Source: Polyangiaceae bacterium
Lineage (GTDB): Bacteria; Myxococcota_A; Polyangia; Polyangiales; Polyangiaceae
Direction: 5' to 3'
Assembly: GCA_044222475.1 (NCBI GenBank)
Contig: JBGANF010000172.1
Location: 1 to 15,038 of the forward strand
Length of the DNA: 15,038 bases
This document shows positions 6,549 to 15,038 of this stretch, piece after piece (position 1 is the first letter of the stretch; each line of letters starts with the position of its first letter). Under the pieces are notes generated by a model. It made no database searches. It saw only the letters and a list, made by a program, of their open reading frames with translations, and had not been told where the DNA came from. Both the position numbers and the translations under genes were made by a program.

Positions 6549-7349
6549 GTGAGCGCCCGTACGCTGCCCGTCCGTGCCGTGTCGTTCGCCTCGACGATGC
6601 CGTCGCGGGACCTCGCGCTCGCGCTCCCTAACGAGGAAGGCACCGTCTGGGTCGGCAAGACCCGAGTCGTCGCGTCGTACTCGGGCGATCGCTGGATCGT
6701 CGCCTACGACTTCGGGGCCATCGTGTTCGTCAACGTCGACGCGGACCAGCAGAAGACCGTCCTCGCCGCGTACGCGAAGAATGCGAAGGACGATCGCGAG
6801 ACGACGGACGAATCCCTGTCGCTCGTCGTCGACTCGAGCGCCCAACCGGAGACGCGCTTCGATCGCGTCGTGGTGCCGGTGTTGACGCGCGAGGTCGTCG
6901 AGATCGTCTGCTTCGTGCTCGCCCAGTCCGCGGCGATGGAATACTACGAGCGCGACGTCGACCAGATCTTCGCCGGCTTGCGCAAGGCGTCGACGACGAT
7001 CGCGGAGCGCGGCACGTTTCGCGGCGACGAGAAGGACCTCCTGCGCTTCGTCGGGAACGCCATGATCACCCGCAACGAGATCATCTCGACGTTGGCCTTG
7101 CTCGATACGCCGCAGCTCGCGTGGAACGCCGAGCCGCTCGACAAGCTGTTCCGCGCGCTGCGGGACCTCTTCGAGATCGAGGACCGCTACCGCGCCCTCG
7201 ATCACAAGCTGACCGTCGTGCAGGACAACCTCGCGATCTTCGTCGACCTCGCGCAGCAGCGGCGCGGGCTCTACCTCGAGCTCACCGTGCTGGCCCTGAT
7301 CGCGGTCGAGGTGATCCTGTTCATCTGGCAGATCATCGCAGGTCACTGA
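6549..7349 (+). CDS. RMD1/DUF155 (YagE-like) family protein
   Basis: Family-typical motifs YDFGAIVFVN, VLAQSAAMEYYE, LLDTPQLAW, FEIEDRYRALDHKL, and a C-terminal TM LELTVLALIAVEVILFIW. Confidence 0.9.
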   Translation: MSARTLPVRAVSFASTMPSRDLALALPNEEGTVWVGKTRVVASYSGDRWIVAYDFGAIVFVNVDADQQKTVLAAYAKNAKDDRETTDESLSLVVDSSAQPETRFDRVVVPVLTREVVEIVCFVLAQSAAMEYYERDVDQIFAGLRKASTTIAERGTFRGDEKDLLRFVGNAMITRNEIISTLALLDTPQLAWNAEPLDKLFRALRDLFEIEDRYRALDHKLTVVQDNLAIFVDLAQQRRGLYLELTVLALIAVEVILFIWQIIAGH

Positions 7350-9235
7350 TCGCCGGCAGCGTCGAAGCGTTCCCGGAGCTGGCCGAGGACCCACCACGAC
7401 GTGTCGACGGCGCCGAGCCCGTCGAAGTGGAGCCCGTCGGGGCGCACCGGCGCGTCGCGGCTCGTCGTCGTGCACTCGCGCTCGGGGCAGAGCCACGCGG
7501 CGAGATCGAGCACGTCGGCGCCGGACTTCTCGGCCGCTTCGCGGAGGATGCGGTTGTAGCAGTCGACCTCGTCGTTGCGCTTCGCGGTCTGCCAGTGGCC
7601 GACGGGGTACGCCGAGAGCAGCACGACGCGCCGAGGGCTGAGCGGCGCGAGCTCCGTGAGGCGCGCGGTGAGTCGCCTCAGGTACGGGTCGTGCCACTCG
7701 CGTTCGCAGACGTTCCGCTTCCGACCCCCAGCGCGGACCCACGAAAAGTAGGCGCCGCCGAGGACGACGAGCGTCACGTCGGGGTGGAGCTCCTTCGCGT
7801 CGCGCGTCCAGTTGCGCGAGCAGTCGCCGTTGCCGTGGGGGTAGCCGCCCATCGAGAGCACGGCGGCCCAGCCGTCGAGGATGGAGCAGTCGCCCATCGC
7901 GCGGTCGTCGACCTGTGCAGAGTACACGGTTTGGTCCCAGTACATGCGGCCCCCGAGCGAGAGGCCGACCGAGTCGCCGACGACGAGGACGTGCATCGTT
8001 CTCTTCGGCGGCGCGTCGGGTTCTCCGGCGTCGCTCGGCGGCGGTGCGACGACGACGACGCTCGCCGACGCGCTCGGCGTGTAGTCCGCATCGACCGGCG
8101 CAGCCACGGACCCGCGCGTCGTCCCGAGGACGAGGGCGAACGCGAGCGCGAACGCGCCCGCCGTGACGACGATCGGTCGTTTCGTCGGGAGCCCGCGCTC
8201 GCGGATGGGCTTTTCGAGCCAGCGGTAGGACACGAGCGCGATCGCCAACGTGAGCCCCAGCCGCAGCGCGAGGAGTGCGATGCCGTGCAGGTGCACGCGC
8301 TCCTCCGAGAGGACGACGTAGATCGGCCAGTGCCACAGGTACACGCCGTAGCTGATCGTGCCGAGCCCCCGCAGCGGCGCGAAGGAGAGAGCGCGCGCGA
8401 CGACGCCGTCGGGGCGACCGACCGCGCACGTCACGAGGGCGAGCCCGGCGAGCTCGGTGAGCCAGAAACCGCCGCGGTAGAGAAAATCCGATTGGCCATC
8501 GAGCGACCACCACGCGAAGCCGAGACCCGCCAGCGCCACGGCTCCGAGCACGTCGACTGCGGCGTGCGCGGCGGCCCGAGCGCGGGTGAACCCGGACAGC
8601 GCGAGCGCCGCGCCGAAGAGGATCGCCGCGCCGCGCGTGTCGGTGCCGAGGTACACGCGCGTCGTGTCGCCGCCGTCGTACAGCGCGGCCATCGTGAGCG
8701 CCGACGCGACCGCGAGCGCAACGGTCGTGACGAACAGCGGGCGAACGCGACCGCGCGCCAGACGAAAGGCGAGCGCGACGAGCAGCGGCCACACCACGTA
8801 GAACTGCTCCTCGATCGCGAGGCTCCAGGTGTGCTCGAGCGGAGACGGCGAGGCGAACATCTCCCAGTAGCTCCGCTTCGCGAAGATGGCGCGCCAGTTG
8901 GCGACGTACGCGAGCGTCGCGACGGCGTCGGCCCGCAACGACGCGAGCTCGGTCTTCGCCGCGAGCGTGCGCGCGTAGAGCGCGATCGCCGGGATCATCG
9001 CGAGGAGCGCCGGGAGGAGGCGCCGCGCGCGGCGCACCCAAAAGTGTCGGAGGTCGATCGAGCCCTTCGCCGCGTACTCGTCGACGAGGAGCGACGTGAT
9101 GAGGAACCCGGAGAGGACGAAGAACAGGTCGACGCCGAGGTATCCGCCGCGGAGGAGCTCTTGCTGGTGAAAGAGCAGCACCGCGGCGACCGCGAGGCCG
9201 CGAAGGCCGTCGAGCCCGGGGACGTGGCGTTTCAA
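7343..9235 (-). CDS. OatA/OafA-like O-acyltransferase (acyltransferase-3 membrane domain fused to SGNH domain)
   Basis: Start re-assigned to TTG 9235 (TTGA overlap with the methyltransferase stop), giving 630 aa. AT3 motifs GLDGLRGLAV, GGYLGVDLFFVLSGFLIT, RRARRLLP, HTWSLAIEEQFY, SYGVYLWHWP. A Pro/Ala linker leads to SGNH motifs VVGDSVG and RPDGLHF. Confidence 0.92.
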   Translation of the reverse strand: MKRHVPGLDGLRGLAVAAVLLFHQQELLRGGYLGVDLFFVLSGFLITSLLVDEYAAKGSIDLRHFWVRRARRLLPALLAMIPAIALYARTLAAKTELASLRADAVATLAYVANWRAIFAKRSYWEMFASPSPLEHTWSLAIEEQFYVVWPLLVALAFRLARGRVRPLFVTTVALAVASALTMAALYDGGDTTRVYLGTDTRGAAILFGAALALSGFTRARAAAHAAVDVLGAVALAGLGFAWWSLDGQSDFLYRGGFWLTELAGLALVTCAVGRPDGVVARALSFAPLRGLGTISYGVYLWHWPIYVVLSEERVHLHGIALLALRLGLTLAIALVSYRWLEKPIRERGLPTKRPIVVTAGAFALAFALVLGTTRGSVAAPVDADYTPSASASVVVVAPPPSDAGEPDAPPKRTMHVLVVGDSVGLSLGGRMYWDQTVYSAQVDDRAMGDCSILDGWAAVLSMGGYPHGNGDCSRNWTRDAKELHPDVTLVVLGGAYFSWVRAGGRKRNVCEREWHDPYLRRLTARLTELAPLSPRRVVLLSAYPVGHWQTAKRNDEVDCYNRILREAAEKSGADVLDLAAWLCPERECTTTSRDAPVRPDGLHFDGLGAVDTSWWVLGQLRERFDAAGDQ

Positions 9236-9978
9236 GGCGGATGGAACCCCGAGAACGCGCGCAGCGTGGTGGCGTCCTCCGTCGGCTTGCCGTCGTCGCC
9301 GCGCAGGAGGAGCGACGCAGGCGCGATCGCGCCGTCCGTTCGAGACATCGTCCACACCGTGAAGAGCGGCTTCTCGGCGGCCGCGTGGGCGAACACCTCG
9401 CAGCGGGCGCGGACGAAGAGCCCGACTGGCGTCCCTCCGGCTCGCACTCGTGGCTCGACCGAGCCTTCGCCGCACAGAACCATCGTACCATTTTGGGACA
9501 GGATGCGCGCCCCGGTGGCGAGGTACGCCTCGACCCCGCCGCGGTACTCGATGCGGGCGTGGGCGCGCTGCTCGTCTCCGGCGTCGAGCGCCGTGCCGGG
9601 CGGGAAGTAGGGCGGCGTCCCGGTGACGAGCTCGAAGTCGCCTCCGATCGCCGCGATCACGGCTTCGTCCCGGAGGTCCCCGTGGAGGACGCGCACCCGT
9701 CCGCCGACGTGATTCCGCGCGACGTTCTTCTCGAGCAGCGCGAACGACGCATCCTGCGCCTCGACGCCGGTGAACGACGCTTCCGGCATGCGCCACGCCA
9801 TCATGAGGAGCACCGACCCGATCCCGCAGCCGAGATCGCACACGCGCCGGGCGTCGGGGCGGGCCGTCCATGCGACCCACGCCGTCACGACGTCGTCGGA
9901 GGAGAACCGGTGGCCCTTCTTCCGCTGCCAGATCGAGAAGTCGCGGGTCAGTCGATCGTCGGTGAGCTCATCGGTCAC
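9232..9978 (-). CDS. Class I SAM-dependent methyltransferase, tRNA1(Val) A37 N6-methyltransferase (TrmN6/YfiC)-like
   Basis: [15 protein letters not shown] resembles the family's QxxxGxRFxxDxV motif. SAM motif DLGCGIG, motif IV TGTPPYF, and RAHARIE (cf. ARHE). The GTG start overlaps the pyrB TGA. Confidence 0.82.
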   Translation of the reverse strand: MTDELTDDRLTRDFSIWQRKKGHRFSSDDVVTAWVAWTARPDARRVCDLGCGIGSVLLMMAWRMPEASFTGVEAQDASFALLEKNVARNHVGGRVRVLHGDLRDEAVIAAIGGDFELVTGTPPYFPPGTALDAGDEQRAHARIEYRGGVEAYLATGARILSQNGTMVLCGEGSVEPRVRAGGTPVGLFVRARCEVFAHAAAEKPLFTVWTMSRTDGAIAPASLLLRGDDGKPTEDATTLRAFSGFHPP

Positions 9979-10877
9979 GACGCCAGCCGCTCGAGCACCG
10001 CCATCCGCACGCTCACGCCGTAAGCCACCTGATCGAGCACCACCGAGCGCTTGCCGTCGGCGACGTCGCTCGAGAGCTCCACGCCGCGGTTGATCGGGCC
10101 CGGGTGCATCACGATCGCGTCGGCCTTGGCCGCTCGGACCGTCTGCGCGTTGACGCCGAAGAAGCGGCTGTAGTCGCGCAGGCTCGGGATGTAGCCGCCG
10201 TTCATGCGCTCCTGCTGAAGGCGCAGGACCATCACCACGTCGGCCCCGTCGAGCGCGCGGTCGAGCTTGTCGTAGACGAGCGCGCCCATCGCCTCGATGC
10301 CGCGGGGAATCAACGACCGCGGAGCGACGACGCGCACGGTCGCTCCGAGCTTGCCGAGGGCGTGCAGGTTCGAGCGCGCGACGCGGCTGTGCAGCACGTC
10401 GCCGACGATCGTGACCGTGAGCCCGTCGACCTTGCCCTTGTGACGCCGGATGGTGCCGCAGTCCAGCAGCGCTTGGGTCGGGTGCTCGTGCTGACCGTCG
10501 CCCGCGTTGACCACCGCGGCGCGGACGGACTTGGCGATCATGTGAGGAGCGCCGGCGGATGCGTGCCGCAGGACGATGACCGACGGCCCCATCGCGTCGA
10601 GGTTCTTCGCGGTGTCGAGCAGGGTCTCGCCCTTCTTCGCCGACGAGAACGAGTCCGACACGTTGACGACGTCGGCGGACAACCGCTTCGCCGCGATCTC
10701 GAACGAGGTGCGGGTGCGCGTCGACGCTTCCATGAAGAGGTTCACGATCGTCTTGCCGGCCAGCGTCGAGCGCTTCTCGTTGTTCTCGCGGAAGAGCGCG
10801 TCCGCGCGGTCGAGGATCGCGGCGATCTCGGCGGCGGCGACGTGCTCGATGTCGAGGAGGTGCTTTCGCTCGCTCAT
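9975..10877 (-). CDS. pyrB: Aspartate carbamoyltransferase catalytic subunit
   Basis: Start ATG 10877 (ATGA overlap with the pyrC stop; AAGGAAGG upstream), 300 aa. Motifs [67 protein letters not shown]. Confidence 0.98.
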   Translation of the reverse strand: MSERKHLLDIEHVAAAEIAAILDRADALFRENNEKRSTLAGKTIVNLFMEASTRTRTSFEIAAKRLSADVVNVSDSFSSAKKGETLLDTAKNLDAMGPSVIVLRHASAGAPHMIAKSVRAAVVNAGDGQHEHPTQALLDCGTIRRHKGKVDGLTVTIVGDVLHSRVARSNLHALGKLGATVRVVAPRSLIPRGIEAMGALVYDKLDRALDGADVVMVLRLQQERMNGGYIPSLRDYSRFFGVNAQTVRAAKADAIVMHPGPINRGVELSSDVADGKRSVVLDQVAYGVSVRMAVLERLAS

Positions 10878-12168
10878 CCCAGCGCCTTCCTTCCGTCGTG
10901 GAGAGGCTTGCCCGCGACCAAGGTGAGGACCGCGCGCCCTTGCATCGTCTTGCCGATGAACGGCGAGTTCTTGCTCTTCGAGTGGAGCTCGTCGGCGCGG
11001 ACCACGAAGGTCTCCTCGGGATCGACGACGGTCAGATCCGCGGGCGCGCCTTCCTTCAGCGTGCCCCCGGGGAGCGACAGCACGCGGCACGGACCGGTCG
11101 TGAGCCGATCGATCGCCGCGCTCAGCGTGATCCGCCCTTCGCGGACGAGGGCGAGCGCGATGGGGAGCGCCGTCTCGAGGCCGATCATGCCGAAGGCGGC
11201 GCAGTCGAACTCGCAGTTCTTCTGGTTGGAGCCGTGGGGGGCATGATCGGTGGCGATCGCGTCGATCGTGCCGTCGGCGAGGGCCTCGCGGAGGGCTTCG
11301 ACGTCGCGCTCGGTGCGGAGCGGTGGGTACATCTTCGCGGCGGTGTCGTACTCGAGGCACGCGCGGTCGGTGAGGACCAGGTGGTGCGGCGTGACCTCGC
11401 ACGTGACCGGGAGGCCCTTGGCCTTCGCCGCGCGGATCATCTCGATCGTGCGCGCGGTCGAGACGTGGGCGACGTGGTAGCGCGCGCCGATCATCTCGAC
11501 GAGGATCAGGTCGCGCGCGACGATCACCTCTTCGGCCTCGGCCGGTTGACCGGGGAGCCCGGCGCGGGTCGACGTCTCGCCCTCGTTCATCACGCCGCCC
11601 TGCGACAGGTGGTGATCCTCGGCGTGCTGGATGATCGGGAGGTCGAAGGTGCGGCCGTACTCGAGGGCGCGGCGCATGAGGCGCGCGTTCATGACGCACC
11701 GGCCGTCGTCGCTGAGACCGACGACGCCGGCTTCCTTGAGCTCGCCGACCTCGGAGAGCATCTCGCCTTGGAGGCCCTTCGAGATCGCGCCGATCGGGTA
11801 CACGTGCACCCCGCCGACCTCTCGCGCGCGGGTGCGAATCAGCATCGTGATCGCGCGGCATCGTTCGGCGGCTGGGTGTTCGGCATCGCGCACACGGCGG
11901 TGAAGCCGCCGGCGGCGGCGGCGCGCGAGCCGGACTCGATCGTCTCTTTGCCCTCTTCGCCGGGCTCGCGGAGGTGGGCGTGGAGATCGACGAAGCCGGG
12001 GAGCACCCACTGACCGCGGCAATCGACGGGGACTGCGTTCGTCGGGGTCGCGATGGCCTTGCCGATGCGGGCGACGCGACCGCTCTCGACGACGACGTCG
12101 AGCTCCTCGTCACGTCCGTTCCGCGGGTCGATCAGACGCGCACCGCGTAGGTGAATCGTGCCTGCCAC
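10874..12168 (-). CDS. pyrC: Dihydroorotase (long type I), interrupted in this sequence by a 1-nt frameshift at ~11860
   Basis: The N-part (GTG 12168; [27 protein letters not shown]) and C-part ([47 protein letters not shown]) lie in different frames. Adding one base between 11861 and 11860 gives one 431-aa ORF reading ...PPND-CRAITM.... Confidence 0.93.
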
Positions 12169-12222
12169 GAGGGGTCCACTCTGCATGCGGCCCGCGAGGG
12201 TAGTGCGATTTTCGGGCGACCG

Positions 12223-13971
12223 CTACCCGGCCGCGAGCTGAAACGCGCAGCGCGTCGGCGGACCGCCCGAGGCGAGCTCGGCGACGATCTCTTCGGGCAT
12301 CGGGAACCAGCGGAGCGGCTCGAGATCGGCGGGGATCGGGTCGTCGGCGAGGGGCTCCATCGTTCGGTAGTCGCGGACCGCTTCCTCGACGATGCGCTTC
12401 GCGTCTTCGAGGTAGCTCGCGAGGACCCACTCCGGCTCGGTCGAGTGGCGCGAGCGATACTCGAGCTTCCCACTTCGGTACGAGAGGTCGTGGAGGCGCA
12501 TCGCCGGGGCGGGGCGCGCCTTGCGGGGGCGCCACTGCCCGGTCTTGAGATCGAGCCGGTAGTGCGGGAGGAGCTTCCACCCGTGCTCGGCCACGAAGTT
12601 GACCGCATCGAGGAGGAACTGGAACACCGGCTCGCTGATGAAGTAGTTGAAGTTCACGCGCACCCAGCCGGGCTTGATCCCCTCGGCTCCGGAGACGATG
12701 GCGCAGCCGAACTGCTTCGACGTCGCGAGGTCGATCCCCAGGAGACGGTGGCCGTACGGACCGGCGCACGAACACCCGCCGCGCGCCTGGATGCCGAAGA
12801 GGTCGTTGAGGAGCGCCACGACGAAGTTGTGGTGCAGAGCGCCGGCGCCGTGGAGGACGACGAACGACACGATCGAGAGACGCCACGCCTGGCGGTTCCC
12901 GAGGATCCGGATCGCGGGGTTCTTGCTCCACGAATCGACCGCGCGGCGGATGAAGTCGTGCTCCTTCGCGCGGATCGTGTCGGTCCCGACGGCTTCTTTG
13001 AGCTGGAAGACGAGCCCCGCGCGGATCGACTCGACGATGGCCGGGGTGCCGCCCTCTTCGCGGTGGACCGGATCGTCGATGTAGCGGTGGTCCTTCGGGT
13101 TGACGAACGCGACGGTGCCGCCGCCCGGCATCGAGGGGACGCTGTTCTTGAGGAGGTGCTTCTTCACGATGAGCACGCCCGGCGTCCCCGGGCCGCCGAT
13201 GAACTTGTGCGGCGACAGAAAGACCGCGTCCTTGTAGGCGCCGACGGGAGCGTCGGCGGGGGCGTTCATGTCGATCTTCACGTAGGGCGCGGCGGCGGCG
13301 AAGTCCCAGAACGAGAGCGCGCCGTGCTTGTGGAGGAGCTCGGCGAGCTTCACCGTCTCGGAGCCGATGCCGGTCACGTTCGACGCGGCGGAGAAGCTGC
13401 CGATGCGAAGCGGGCGGTCCTTGTAGCGGACGAGCTCCTCTTCGAGGTCCTTCAGGTCGATGCGACCGTCGGCGTTTTCGTCGATGGTGACGACCTCGCA
13501 GATGGACTCGCGCCACGGGAGCTCGTTCGAGTGGTGCTCGTAGGGGCCAATGAAGACGACGGGGCGCTCCTCCTTGGGGATGCGCGACAGAAGGTCGTAC
13601 CGGGCCGACAGATCGGCCGGCAGGCGCAGGTTCATGATGTCGACGAGCTTGTTGATCGCCGCGGTGGCGCCGGAGCCGCAGAAGATCACGCAGTCGTCGG
13701 GGCCGCCGCCGACGGCGCGGTGGATGATCTCGCGGGCGTCTTCGCGGAAGCGCGTCGTCTGCATCCCAGTTTGGGACGTCTCGGTGTGGGTGTTCGCGTA
13801 GAGCGGGAGGACCTCGGTGCGGATGAACTCTTCGATGAACGCGAGCGAGCGGCCCGACGCGGTGTAGTCGGCGTAGGTCACGCGACGCGGGCCGTAGGCG
13901 CCGCTGAGCACCTGATCGTCGCCGATGATCGAGCCCCGGATGGTCTCGATGAGTCGCTGTTTGCCGTCCAT
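12223..13971 (-). CDS. Class V PLP-dependent aminotransferase, cysteine desulfurase-like (long form)
   Basis: Start ATG 13971 with GAGG SD, 582 aa. Motifs YADYTASGRSL, YANTH, GPYEHHSNELPW, SAASNVTG, WDFAAAAPY, PLP lysine in FLSPHKFIGGPG, GGTP, and the Cys loop QARGGCSCAGPYG. Confidence 0.92.
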   Translation of the reverse strand: MDGKQRLIETIRGSIIGDDQVLSGAYGPRRVTYADYTASGRSLAFIEEFIRTEVLPLYANTHTETSQTGMQTTRFREDAREIIHRAVGGGPDDCVIFCGSGATAAINKLVDIMNLRLPADLSARYDLLSRIPKEERPVVFIGPYEHHSNELPWRESICEVVTIDENADGRIDLKDLEEELVRYKDRPLRIGSFSAASNVTGIGSETVKLAELLHKHGALSFWDFAAAAPYVKIDMNAPADAPVGAYKDAVFLSPHKFIGGPGTPGVLIVKKHLLKNSVPSMPGGGTVAFVNPKDHRYIDDPVHREEGGTPAIVESIRAGLVFQLKEAVGTDTIRAKEHDFIRRAVDSWSKNPAIRILGNRQAWRLSIVSFVVLHGAGALHHNFVVALLNDLFGIQARGGCSCAGPYGHRLLGIDLATSKQFGCAIVSGAEGIKPGWVRVNFNYFISEPVFQFLLDAVNFVAEHGWKLLPHYRLDLKTGQWRPRKARPAPAMRLHDLSYRSGKLEYRSRHSTEPEWVLASYLEDAKRIVEEAVRDYRTMEPLADDPIPADLEPLRWFPMPEEIVAELASGGPPTRCAFQLAAG

Positions 13972-13993
13972 GAAGATGCCTCTACCTACCCCT

Positions 13994-15038
13994 CTAAGGT
14001 AGCGCGGTTGGGGCCGCAAAGTACTTCGTCACCGCAGCCTTGAATTCCGGGGTCGAATAGCTCTGGTCGCCCGCTCCGGTGCCCCAGACGGCGCCGACCC
14101 CACCAGCCGCAATCAGCTCGTCGACGTGGGCGAAGAAGTAGTGGACGCGGTTGTCACGGTAGGCGCCGACCGCGCCGCCGGGGGTGTTCGACGGGGAGCC
14201 ATAAGGGAGCTGCCACCAAAGCACCGGCAGGCCCAAACCATCGGTGAGCGCCTTGGCCCATCGGAAGTGCTGCTTGAAGTTCGGGAGCTTGGCGTTCGCC
14301 TCGTCCCAATAGAAATTGTCGCACTTGTACGTGTTCGTGATGGTGCACGAGCACATCGGCTGGTGGTTCACCTCGTAGCAGCCGGCGTCGCGATCGGACA
14401 CGTCGGTGGCGACGTAGTCGGCCTTGTCGAGACCGAGCGCCTTGAAGAACGCCACGGTCTTCGCCGCCTCGCCCTCGATGTCGAGCTTGGGGTCGACGTT
14501 CTTCGCGGTGTCCATGTTGGTCGACCACGCGGACGCGTGGAAGCCGACCAGCGCGTTGGGCGCGCGCCCGCGGTAGAGCTTCAGCTTGCACCGCGCGAGG
14601 CCGACGATGGTGTCTGGCTCCGCCGCGCACTCGGGCGCTCCGGATTTGCTGACGAGGACCTTGGTGACGAGCGGATCGCTCTTGGTGCGGGTCGGCTCTT
14701 GGAGCATGTAGCCCCAGAAGTCCGGCTCGTCGTGGACGACGACCGGCGATCCGGCTGCCTTCACGCTGTCGAGCATCTGGAGGAAGTCCTTGAAGTAGGT
14801 CGTCATGTACGCCGCGTCGGTGAGCACCGAGAGATTGCGATCACCGTGGGCCGCCATGGCGTAGTAGGTGATCATCGGGATCTGATCGTGCGCTTTCGCC
14901 TCGGCGATGCGCTTGCCGACGTAGTCCGGGTTCTGGTTCCAGGTGGGCCAACCGCCCTCGGTCGAGAGCCCGACCATGTAGTGGTAGTGGAGGTCGAGCG
15001 TGACGCCGAGCTTGTAGGCGTCGTCGTTGCCGTCGTTC
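13994..15038 (-). CDS. Putative secreted glycoside-hydrolase-like (TIM-barrel) protein, 5'-partial
   Basis: The frame is open to the window edge (...NDGNDDAYKLGVTLDLHYHYMVG...). IPMITYY, VVVHDEPDFWGY (Glu after a beta-strand, clan GH-A-like) and PVLWWQLP, with aromatic-rich and Cys-containing sequence. Family assignment is inference. Confidence 0.65.
   Translation of the reverse strand, partial: NDGNDDAYKLGVTLDLHYHYMVGLSTEGGWPTWNQNPDYVGKRIAEAKAHDQIPMITYYAMAAHGDRNLSVLTDAAYMTTYFKDFLQMLDSVKAAGSPVVVHDEPDFWGYMLQEPTRTKSDPLVTKVLVSKSGAPECAAEPDTIVGLARCKLKLYRGRAPNALVGFHASAWSTNMDTAKNVDPKLDIEGEAAKTVAFFKALGLDKADYVATDVSDRDAGCYEVNHQPMCSCTITNTYKCDNFYWDEANAKLPNFKQHFRWAKALTDGLGLPVLWWQLPYGSPSNTPGGAVGAYRDNRVHYFFAHVDELIAAGGVGAVWGTGAGDQSYSTPEFKAAVTKYFAAPTALP

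Noticed and set aside
11850..11870. Programmed ribosomal frameshift in pyrC
   Set aside because: No slippery heptamer or homopolymer run at the junction; a simple 1-nt loss explains it.
1891..12113. Apparent long N-terminal extensions or fusions in the ORF track (741-aa hydrolase, 416-aa hypothetical, 845-aa acyltransferase, 712-aa PyrB)
   Set aside because: The extensions are off-frame read-throughs of neighbouring genes. Better starts lie at 3084, 9235 and 10877 (stop/start overlaps) and at 3911.
12169..12222. PyrR-binding loop or attenuator upstream of pyrC (CCCGCGAGG)
   Set aside because: The resemblance is on the non-coding strand, and there is no terminator/U-tract and no adjacent pyrR.
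994..14043. Many long alternative ORFs (e.g. 994..3066 +, 4946..6631 +, 6534..9491 -, 7121..9610 +, 12151..14043 +)
   Set aside because: Arg/Ala/Pro-rich or antisense shadow frames of well-supported genes. They are expected from stop-codon scarcity in high-GC DNA and carry no family motifs.

Overview
Gene-dense, very GC-rich chromosomal segment. Gene content and style suggest a myxobacterium (Myxococcota, probably Polyangiales); this is inference. It holds 15 CDS, mostly on the minus strand, and no rRNA, tRNA, CRISPR array or mobile element that I can support. From the left: a partial membrane protein; a FabZ-like hotdog protein; a coupled unit of hypothetical protein, alpha/beta hydrolase and KirBac potassium channel; a divergent CBS-pair protein; a Pro/Gln-rich membrane protein; amtB without adjacent glnK, divergent from an RMD1/DUF155 protein; a 4-gene chain pyrC (1-nt frameshift), pyrB, TrmN6-like methyltransferase, OatA-like AT3-SGNH acyltransferase, joined by 4-nt stop/start overlaps; a class V PLP cysteine-desulfurase-like enzyme; and a partial glycoside-hydrolase-like protein. 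I do not see a convincing new multi-gene system. The best leads are regulatory or catalytic oddities: an 11-bp-period GAAAC direct repeat (GlnR-box-like) at the amtB promoter, an AT-rich operator-like palindrome inside amtB, repeated near-leaderless promoter geometry, a sigma54-like promoter on the CBS gene, His at the FabZ catalytic-Glu position, a TPPY motif IV in the methyltransferase, and the pyrC frameshift.
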